A stretch of 51,929 nt of DNA from Atractiella rhizophila. Its lineage: Eukaryota. The DNA is taken from NCBI GenBank assembly GCA_021432655.1, contig MU271362.1, positions 1 to 51,929 of the forward strand. The letters are read 5' to 3'. Numbering within the stretch: position 1 is the first letter of the stretch; every line of letters starts with the position of its first letter. The position numbers and the translations under genes were made by a program. The notes under the pieces are model-generated. The model searched no databases. It worked only from the letters and a program-made list of their open reading frames with translations, and was not told the origin of the DNA. Positions 13,770-23,099 of this stretch are shown here, in pieces.

Positions 13770-14898
13770 ATGAAGAATAAAGTCATGAACGACATGGGTC
13801 TAGAGACAGACAAACCATTCCCTGGTTTCCGCTCAACAGTCTACCCCATCAAGGACCAGAAAGAAAAGAAGTTGGAGGACCTGCTCGAAGGGGAACCGTT
13901 TGATCTCTTCGGTCACCCAGTCAAAGGAACCCACTCCATCATGAAAGGACTCCATTCTGCCACCGACTCACAGTTAGTGTGGGCAGAACATCAATGTAGG
14001 TTCCTGTGCGATTCAGTAGGTCTCGGAAAGACCATGACTGTGACAGGGACCTTAGCCTATCTGCACCACCTTTATAAAACACCTCCACTACCCCAAACCT
14101 GGAGAAGATCCAGGAAGCAATAGTGTACGGGCTCCTCAATTATCAAGGAGAATACAATCCTCCAGCTGGAACAGATGCTGTCAAAAGTCCTCACGATGGT
14201 TTGGGAAGAGATCTACCACCAGAAGTCGAGAGAGATGTAAGGAGAGGTTTCCCAAGATTACTTTGTACTTGTCAAGTCCACAGTCAATCGCATCGCAATG
14301 CTCCTCGAAGACAAGCACGACTGGATCGACCCTTTGAAGAGACGAGGAGAAGACACAATCAAGTACGCCACTCTTCTGAAAGAGAAAGCTAAGATAGCAC
14401 TCACCAGTTACACTTTCCCTCCTTTTCTGAGTAAGCTTCCTACAATCCACATCTAAGCTTATGTTTCATTCAGGAGACACACTCGTCTTTGCGGAGGATG
14501 AGCAGATGAAGAATCTTCCCTCATTATTCATAGTTCCTTATAACCTCATGAACCAATGGAGAACAGAAATTGAGAACAAGATGGATCCCTTCCACCTCTG
14601 GTACCTCATTTATGGCAATGACGTCCATTTCCTTCACAAGAGTCACAAGAATCTGTTGGAGAGAATGAGAAGGACTTCTCCAGCATAGTCGTCATCGTTT
14701 CAGATGGCACCTTGATGACAGAAGTGGCTTGAGAACAGGATTGACATCCACGGGTACGAGAGAAGTCAGAGGCTTGCAAGAAAACACCTTCCATCTTTGA
14801 CTATCGCTTTCGTCTTGCTGGAGTGGACGAACATCACACCTATTGAACAAAGAGGAAACTCACAGCAGCTGTTCACCAGGCATGCTGCCAGGCCCAGG
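13770..14898 (+). pseudogene. SNF2-family ATPase/helicase pseudogene, 5' part
   Basis: Motif I LCDSVGLGKT, motif Ia LFIVPYNLMNQWRTEI, motif II VDEHH near 14820-14840; premature stops and frameshifts; interrupted by the LTR element. Confidence 0.85.
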
Positions 14899-15347
14899 TG
14901 TCAGGCTTGCCCCTACGCATTACCGAAATGCATCATCTGAAGTCATGTGACCTACCTTGCCACGTTCTTAGGGTCACATGTTTACCAATCACCGCTTGCT
15001 CATGCCTGCGCTGTCCGCCGCTTTCCTCTTTCTCACACGAATCGCCGTTCAGCAAACCTTACACATTTCGCCGGCCTGCACCGTTCCCATTTTCGCCCTA
15101 TTGTACTTTCTGACTAGTACCGCTCAGTATATCTTATTTCTGAGTATTCCCTTCATTGCTTTCCTGTTCTAGTTATCTTACGTGTTTCAAGAAACATATG
15201 TTACAGTTTATGGCAGTACTTTACATATGTATATATACATCGAGATGTTGTGGTGGTGACCTTAGAGGATTCTCTTAGGTTTACCTCCACTACAGGTCAG
15301 TCTTCATGTCATATCATGCACTTAGGTTTATCTCCACTACAGACGCA
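14899..15347 (+). repeat. 5' LTR, subtype A, 3'-truncated
   Basis: Starts TGTCAGGCTTGCCCCTACG; similarity to other LTRs stops after CAGACGCA, where the sequence jumps into the RT C-terminus. Confidence 0.9.
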
Positions 15348-17718
15348 GCTTGATCATTTCCAGCAGAGGGATCGAACCGGATCCAGTGAAAGTTGCAGGA
15401 GTGATGGATTGGCCGGAACCAAAAAACATGAAGGAAGTCCAAATGTTCCTCGGTTTCGCTAATTTCTATCGCCGCTTTTGTGACAGATTCAGTCACATTG
15501 CACGACCTTTATATGAACTGACGAAAAATGGGGGTTTCCTGGGTCTGGGGGGTAGATCAACAACGTTCGTTCGCCGCTTTGAAACAGCTCATGACTTCGG
15601 CGCCCGTCTTGGCGCATCCCGAACAAATAGGACGGTTTTGGCTCAAAGTCGACGCGTCAAATTTCGCGACAAGCGCCGTTTTGTCGCAAATGAAGCCTGA
15701 TGGGAAGTTTCATCCTCTCGGTTTCATGTCAAAATCGCTCGACGCTGCCCAGAGGAACTATGACACCTACGACAAAGAAATGCTCGCGATTATGCGTGGA
15801 CTGCAAGAATGGAGACACCTTCTTCAAGGTACTGATGAGCCATTTCTGATCTTGACCAATCACAAAAATCCCGAATATTTCAGAATGCCACAAAAGTTGA
15901 ATCGGCGACAGACGCGCTAGATCACTAAACTTGCATCTTTCAACTTCACTCTTTTACACCATCCCGGACGAAACTCCGCAAAACCAGATGCGCTCAGTCG
16001 GCGACCAGATCACAAACCGGCGACTTGTGACAACTTTGACGTAGTATTACTCCCAGAACGTTTTTTCAACACGGATCGTATCACGATCAACGCGACTGGG
16101 AGCGCGGTTGCGCTCACAACACAAATGTTGGAGTTGAGTATACTGGAACGTGTGAAAAAGGTACCCGAACGGGAAGAACAAGTAGTCAAAGCCTTGAGAG
16201 AGATCCTAGACGAACCAGTCGACGCAGTTCGCCGACGGGAGTGGCAAGAAGTCGATGGCGCTGTCTATTTTCACGGAAAACTCTACATTCCCCGCGACGA
16301 CGAAATTCGCCGCTCGATTTTCCAAGACCTGCACGATTCGCAAATCGCCGGTCATCCAGGCGTAAAATCGACGATGGCTCTCGTAAAAAGGTACTACTGG
16401 TGGCCGGGTTTGGCGCATTACGTTCGCCGCTATGTCGGCGCCTGTCACACTTGCCACAGAACAAAAAACTTTCCTTCCCCACCTGTCGGGTTTTTGCAAC
16501 CAAACGACATTCCCACGCGTCGATGGCAAATTGTCAGCATGGACTTGGTTGGACCACTCCCAGAATCTGGGGGGTTTGACACGATTTTCGTCATAGTAGA
16601 CAGACTCTCAAAACGCACCCATCTCATCCCCACCCATTCGACGATGGATGCAGAAGGCCTTGCAAGACTTTTCGCGATCACGTATGGAAGTTACATGGAC
16701 TTTTCGATGTCGCAATTTTCGATCGAGGCAAAGAGTTTGTGTCCAAATTCACATCCGCGCTTTTTCGCCTATTAGGTATCAAAGGCTCACCATCGACAGC
16801 CTATCACCCGCAAAGTGATGGTCAGACCGAACGCATGAACCAAGAGGTTGAACAATATTTGCGCATTTTCTGCAATCACCTTCAAGATAATTGGGTGGAA
16901 GGACTTCCCAACGCAGAATTTGCGCTCAACAATCGCGTCAGTTCGGCGACAGGCGTAACTCCTTTTTCGCTCGATTGCGGTCAACATCCCCGCATGGCCT
17001 TTGAACCCATCTCCGACGAGGACGTTCCCGCGGCGGCGCAATTCGTCGAAAAGATGCAAATCGCCGACCGGGAAGCACAAGCGGTACTCGAGCAAGCAGC
17101 AGGTCTCATGGCAAAACATTATGACAGAAAACACGCACCGGCGCCCGAATATCACGTAGGCGATTTCGTCTGGTTGAGCGCGAAAAACATCAAATCGACG
17201 AGACCTATCAAAAGTTAGACGACAAATGGCATGGCCCTTTTCGTGTTTTGCAAGTTTTGGGTCCCCTCAACCTTAAACTCGAGTTGCCATCCTCATGGAA
17301 GATACATCCAGTGTTCCATGTAGGTCTAATACGAAAAGTCAACGAAGACGACATCCCGGACAGAGTCCAGTTGCCCAAACCACCTCCGGAATTGGTGAAT
17401 GGAATTGAAGAATGGGAAGTGGAGAAAATTGTCGATGGAAAATGGTTCGGTACCTGAAATAGAGTTTTCAAATATCGCGTTCGATACAAAGGGTATTCAC
17501 CATCTGAAGATGAGTGGATCAACATCACAGATCTAGAAAATTCACAGGATGCTATAAAAGACTATCACACTGCACACCCTCTCGCAGTTCGTCCCGATTC
17601 CATACCGAACTCCGCAAAAATCGCCCAAATGCGCGTTTTCGTAACCTTCGACGAAAACGCGCTGAAGGGTCTTCCTCACTTTAAGGGGTCCAACACCCCT
17701 ATATGCCTTGCCGGGTGA
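15348..17718 (+). pseudogene. pol: pol remnant: RT end, RNase H, integrase, chromodomain
   Basis: FLGFANFYRRF; VDASNFA...YDKEMLAI (RNase H); HDSQIAGHPG...CHTC zinc finger; SMDLV, STAYHPQSDGQTERMNQ (integrase core); GPF and IHPVFHV; EEWEVEKIVD...YRVRYKGYSPSEDEW chromodomain. Several frameshifts and stops; final frame ends at TGA 17716-17718. Confidence 0.95.
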
Positions 17719-17829
17719 AATCCTAGTCTTTGAGACTTAGGTCAAGGCAAGGCGCCGACTTGCTCCTCAACGGGCAAGTCGGCGACTTGGTCGTTGGTGA
17801 GTCCATTCGTCGCCCGTCAAAGACGAATG
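17675..17829 (+). ncRNA. Candidate structured RNA element, unit 1
   Basis: Helices CTCAC/GTGAG, AGGGGT/ACCCCT, GCCTTGCC/GGCAAGGC, CCTA/TAGG, GCCGACTTGC/GCAAGTCGGC, CATTCGTC/GACGAATG; compensatory differences relative to unit 2. Confidence 0.6.
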
Positions 17830-17899
17830 CTCATTGCGTCCTCGCACCATCACCAATGTCGCATTTAAAAATCGCCCTCAATCGCGAGGTCCCCTCCCC

Positions 17900-18059
17900 C
17901 TCACTTTAAGATGTCCTACTCCTCTACATGCCTCGCTGGGTGAATCCCTAGTCACATTGTTGAACATAGGTCTAGGTGAGGCGCCGGTCTGTTCCTCAAC
18001 AGACAGATCGGCGACCGGTTTGTTGGTGAGTTGTCCAGCCCGTTTTCGCAGAATGGACA
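17900..18059 (+). ncRNA. Candidate structured RNA element, unit 2
   Basis: Helices CTCAC/GTGAG, GCCTCGCT/GGTGAGGC, CCTA/TAGG, GCCGGTCTGT/ACAGATCGGC, TGTCCA/TGGACA; conserved loop sequences GGGTGAA, CTCAAC, GCCCGT. Confidence 0.6.
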
Positions 18060-18254
18060 CTTATTACACCAAAACACCACCTGGTCAACTTCGAAAAATT
18101 CCTCAAATTGCGAGGTACACAATGTCTCTTTGCTCCAACAATTTCATCTCTGTCCGAGCGGCGGCTGGTACTTCAGGCACTTTTCGCAAAATTGGCAAAC
18201 CTTACGAAGCAGAAGTTTCTGCTTACTGCAAGCACCACAGAAACTGGGGGGTGT

Positions 18255-18677
18255 TGTCAGGTTTGCATCTTACGCAAATCGGCGCCCGTTCGCCGGATTG
18301 CGTCTACTATCGCCCATTTGCGTTCCCTGCGAATCGGCCCCCGTTCGCCACTGCCTCTCCCGGCGCCCGTTCGCCCATTTGCACCTACATCACCACTTAG
18401 CCCAATTGTGCCTATCCTCCTCTTATTAACTCCGCGTAATCCCAGTGTCACTTCCCCTTTTAGTTCTCTTACATGTTTCATCTGCTCTCCTCTACGCACT
18501 GTGGCAGTGTTATTCCGCTTGTATATATAGATCAGAGAGTAGTGGAGGTGACCTTAGAGTATTCTCTTAGGTTTATATCCACTACAGGTTAGTCTTCATG
18601 TCATATCATGCTCTTAGGTTTATCTCCACTACAGACGCATCGCCTATCGGCGACCGCACATAGTGTCAGCCCTAACA
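18255..18677 (+). repeat. 3' LTR, subtype B
   Basis: TGTCAGGTTTGCATC...GCCCTAACA; highly similar to the LTRs at 19202 (inverted) and 27705. Confidence 0.95.
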
Positions 18678-18800
18678 CCAGGCGGTGCTCGCCATCACTG
18701 CCACGCCACTCTTCACACGTGTGGACGTAAGCACCCTCTTTTTGTAAGACGCAGCTAACAACCAGAAAAGGACATCTTCATGCAGCTCCTATCACTTAGA
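18678..18800 (+). pseudogene. SNF2 pseudogene continuation after the retroelement
   Basis: Removing the element and one CCAGG copy restores ...CCQAQ-AVLAITATPLFTR (helicase motif III TATP), followed by a GTAAG intron. Confidence 0.8.
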
Positions 18801-19201
18801 CTTGTCCTCATGACTCCAGTCATGTATTCAATAGTCGCAGAACTGGCGAGACAGATCCGTTCTGCAGGGTGGAGGGTAGGGCGATGCAGAAGAAGAGGAC
18901 CGTGATATTTGCAGAGAAGCTGAAGCTGCCACGTTGGGTACAGTATCCGAATCCGAATCACCATCCGCCTCCAAAGCCATTCCTTCGCTGCCCAGCAGGG
19001 GTGACATCAGGAGCATGAGACAGGATGTCAAGCACCGATATTGGGAGATCATCGAGGGAGATGATTATTTCAGCCTGAGATGACAAATGTGACACAGTAG
19101 TTCTGTGAGGTTGGACCAAGGTGGGGGAGGGATCAATGGACCTTCTCTTCCAACGATTTTTCCTCCTCCTCGTCCTTATCACATACTTCTTCATTGCCGT
19201 C

Positions 19202-19617
19202 TGTCAGGGCAAACACTATGTATGGTCGCAGACGGGTGATGTGTCTGTAATGGAGGTAAACCTAAGAGAATAGCATTGCACAAGAAGACTAACCTGTAGT
19301 GGAGGTGAACCTAAGAGAATACTCTAAGGTCACCTCCACTACTCTCCGATCTATATATACAAGCAGAATAACACTTGTAGAGGAGAGCAAATGAAACATG
19401 TAAGAGAACTAAAAGGGGAAGTGACACTGGGATTACGCGGAGTTAATAAGAGGAGGATAGGCACAATTGGGCTAAGTGGTGATGTAGGTGCAAATGGGCG
19501 AACGGGCGCCGGGAGAGGCAGTGGCGAACGGGGGCCGATTTGCAGGGAACGCAAATGGGCGATAGTAGACGCAATCCGGCGAACGGGCGCCGATTTGTGT
19601 AAGATGCAAACCTGACA
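19202..19617 (-). mobile_element. Solo LTR, subtype B
   Basis: Reverse complement of the 18255 LTR; TG...CA ends; flanks CCGTC / CCACC are an imperfect TSD. Confidence 0.92.
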
Positions 19618-21003
19618 CCACCATGTTCTCCCCCGTATGCGGGCCAATGAGTTCTTCAAACCCGACACATACCTCATTCAAGTCCCACTTGCTATCAATG
19701 AAGTGTGCATTAACACAGAGGAATGCATAGTGATTTTCTGAAGTCCAGTTGTCAAGTGAGAGATGGATCTTTGTTCCAATAGCCTTTCCTCATGCTTCAG
19801 TCAGCTGTTACAGAAGCTTCCAAATGCGCACCTTTAGATATCTAGCCATTTCTTCCATAGTTTTCAAAGCAAGCTTACATACACGCTCCTTCAGAACCTT
19901 TCAACTCGGTATTTCACTTGTTCTCACTATTCTCTTCTTCCGAAAAGCGGAGTCCTCCGTTTTTGGTATCTGAAATTTCAATCTTGGAGGCAGAAGGTAG
20001 TGTCTACTGAAGATATATTAGAAGTTCCTGAAAGGATGGACTTTCTACAATGCTGAATAGAAGGTCTTCTTTGACAACAAAGTGAGTAAGGAGGTCCTCG
20101 AAGATAGTAGGATTAAAACCCTATGTATCATATGGTCAGCTTCTACCGATTTCTAAAAAAGCACAAACCTGTGATCCATACTTCTTTGCTACTTGTCGCA
20201 GGACATCATCCATTCCTTGGTCCTTTCTTGCAGCTCTGGATCCCTCTTTCGAATAAATCTAGATGGAATATCAGGTGCACATGAGAACACTAAATGAATG
20301 ACTTTGCAGCTTAAAGGGATGAACTGGTATTTTACCTGCTGCCTTCTGCATCTCCTCCTCGGTGATCAACATCTCCTTGTCATGCTTTTCCTTCAAAAAG
20401 CTGAAGAACGACCTGATTGAGCAGCCATGATTTTCCAGGTGATTACGGAGAGTCTTCGTATTGCCATTGCTGGCAGCTAAAGAACGAACGACTCTAGGGC
20501 AATGATTGCACTTAAAGTACTTATCGCCTTCTTTATGCTTCGGTTTGAGATATCCAGGGACATCCTCCCACTTTAAGGAATGGTAGAAGTAATGGACAAC
20601 TGCACGGTGGTGATTGTAGGTGACAACTAAACCCTGTGCTTCCATCCATCAGTATTTTGACAGCAATGTAGTGCACATACAATGTCTTCAGTTGCCGTTT
20701 GGTTAGTGCCCCGGAAAGTTGACTTTGCAACAACGGAGCCATCAGAATGAAGCTGTCCACATTTAGCTATTGTCAGATGTTTCACAGGCACTGTCATGTA
20801 GAGCACACCTTTCTCTGCTTGTTGTCCTTCTTTAAGCCATCGATTTTCAATGGTAAGATCTCTGCAATCTCAGCTGCATCAATATCAATGGGGTCAGGCT
20901 CCAGCCTTGCATCCTCCAGCTCCTCTTGGTGCCCATCCTTCTCATTGACTGTGTAGGCTCCATCTGGTCCTATCGGATCAACGAGACCTTCGGGCAGAAG
21001 CAT
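19618..21003 (-). pseudogene. hAT-superfamily transposase relic with BED zinc finger
   Basis: YFKCNHC...NTKTLRNHLENHGC (BED finger); SLDNWTSENHYAFLCVNAHFIDSKWDL...GFEELIGPHTGENM (start of the hAT catalytic domain); cut by the solo LTR. Confidence 0.85.
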
Positions 21004-21839
21004 AGCATGGATGTGCTCTGCGACTGCACATAGATATGCTTTACGAGCATGGAGAATGACTTCAGGGACCGAAGATGGGGACGTTTGAAGCTCCCTACAC
21101 AGAGTAGCAAACGATTTCAGACCATCTTGATAACCGACATCGTTGACAGCAGAAGGGCATCATCCCGAGAGAGCTGCATGGAACGGGATGTCATTGTCTT
21201 CAGATTGAGATTCACTTGAGCAAGAAGATGTGCTTTAAGGTAAAGAGCGGACTGTTGCTATCCTCCCTTGCATATTACGCTGTTCTCCGCATAAAATGTG
21301 GGAACGTACCGCATTAGCAATGCAGGGCATGCTCCCACTTGCAGTGATAAGAGTCTTGAGACAAGTATAGCCAGGGATGTCAGTCAACCTTGACACTGGT
21401 CAGCCACACATGGACAGACTTTATAAGAACTCACTCTGCTTCCAACCCTCCCTTCCTCTGTATCTCACTCAAAACAGTTCCATCCTCATTATTCCATTTA
21501 ACCATATCCCTCAGCTTACGTTGCCTTTGAGGTCTCTTCTGCCGGTCTTCCTGAGGAACCATGATTGCTATACGAAAGTGAAAGCGAAAGTCAGAAGAAC
21601 TTGTCTGATCAGAGCTGAAAGGAAGGCACATTTTATAGACCGGGTCGTGGTGTCAGATCGACAAAGGAGAGCGAAGCCTGAAGGCCTTCGAGAAGGTTCT
21701 GAGCGGTTTCAGGTGCAGTTTTGAGTATGGCTGGTGCCCCCTGCAGAACAATTTGAGATGACGTTTCAACTCAAGTGAACAGGGAAAACGAAATATAAAC
21801 TCATGGCTGTAGAAACCAGACTCCATCACGGATTCCGCT

Positions 21840-21988
21840 GTATCAAGTCGTTCCAAGCCGGACAGCACGGGGAGGTAGACGTATCATATCGTATCGGTGC
21901 TAGTATGGTGGAAGAGTTGGACGGCCGGGTACGGAAACACGTATCGTTCATGTCTGGCAGAAACTTTACGATACGATAGCCATCCCTA
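21840..21988 (-). mobile_element. hAT-type terminal sequence TAGGGATGGCTATCG with subterminal GTATCG repeats; probable 5' end of the adjacent hAT relic
   Basis: Correct orientation upstream of the minus-strand transposase; same terminus as at 5261. Confidence 0.55.
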
Positions 21989-23099
21989 ACGAGTACTTCC
22001 ATGTCTCCTTCCTGACGTCTGTGCCGCACACCCATCTCATTTTGTGCCGTTGCTCGGCTGTCGAGCGCAAATCTGCTATACTTGGTGCTTTATAACAGAA
22101 TATTATTATAGGGGAATAAGTCCTTTCGAGTTGTACAAGGGAAATTTGAAACTGGTATTTGAAAGCTTTTGACTTGTGATCAAACCATGATGTGTCACCT
22201 GAAAGCCAGAGCCCAGTTCTACTACCGCATGTCCTCTCTGCTGCAAACTACGGCGTGAGGAAAGTGAAGTACGGTGGCTCGATGGAAATCTAAAGGGAGA
22301 ATAGTGACACACCCTGACTCACCCGCGTGCGCGGTCTCCACTTCTCAACCAAGCCTACCAAAGTTCATGCTCTCGCTCCCTAGCCATTGTCATGCCTACG
22401 TCCTCACATTCATGAAGCAACTCTGCCTCCCAGCACTTCAGAATTGCACCACACCTCGTTCGCTTAACCAAAACTGTGGTCACTACAGTCAGGACTAGAA
22501 AATCACAGACCAGCGTTGAACGTCACCAACGATGTCTTCATCCAAAGAGTCCTATCGCGGGCCACCAACCCCACAGTCAACACCTCCTTCGAGCATAGGA
22601 AGGAAAGGAAAGAAAGGTGGAGCCAAAATCAACCAGGTATGCACCTTTCTCGAGAAGCCTTTTTCGGGATCGTTGTTGCCTTTCGAACAATTTGTGCAAT
22701 TCCTGGCGTTTTGGGAGCTATGGCGTTAAGTTCTTTGCATTGTTGCATACGTGTGAAATAGACTCTGGTTGTGACAGAGAAATGGCTGCGTCCTAATCCT
22801 ACGTGGCAGTCTCCTTATCCATAAATATCCACACGACTCGCGAGATTCTGCCGAGGATAGATCTGCACTAGTTAACATTTCTACACGTTACGCGACTCCC
22901 GTATACCATGGTTCCACAATCAACCTTCCAGTAGAACATTCACCGAGTCTGGAAGGACGGAAAGTGACATGGTTGCAAGAATTTAGTTATTGTGCAGAAG
23001 CTCATGCCCATGATGCTCAATGGAGGTCTAATAACAATATTACAGGCCAACCTACCTTCTCCCGCGAGCACACCTATGAAGCAATATCATCTCCCAACC

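Larger units (their letters stand above)
14899..18677 (+). mobile_element. Internally deleted Ty3/Gypsy chromovirus LTR retrotransposon
   Basis: TG...CA termini; perfect TSD CCAGG (14894-14898, 18678-18682); purine-rich PPT-like tract at ~18238-18251; pol remnants. gag, protease and most of RT are missing. Confidence 0.95.

Noticed and set aside
17900..18030. HDV-like ribozyme (CCTCGCTGG resemblance)
   Set aside because: The P1/P2/P3 nested pseudoknot could not be built and unit 1 lacks the motif.
18108..18530. ORFs repeated at 19351 and 27615
   Set aside because: Translations of LTR sequence; they recur only because the LTR recurs.
21372..21988. CAGGGATG...CATCCCTA as a complete hAT MITE
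   Set aside because: Match limited to about 8 bp and no 8-bp TSD (AGTATAGC vs ACGAGTAC).
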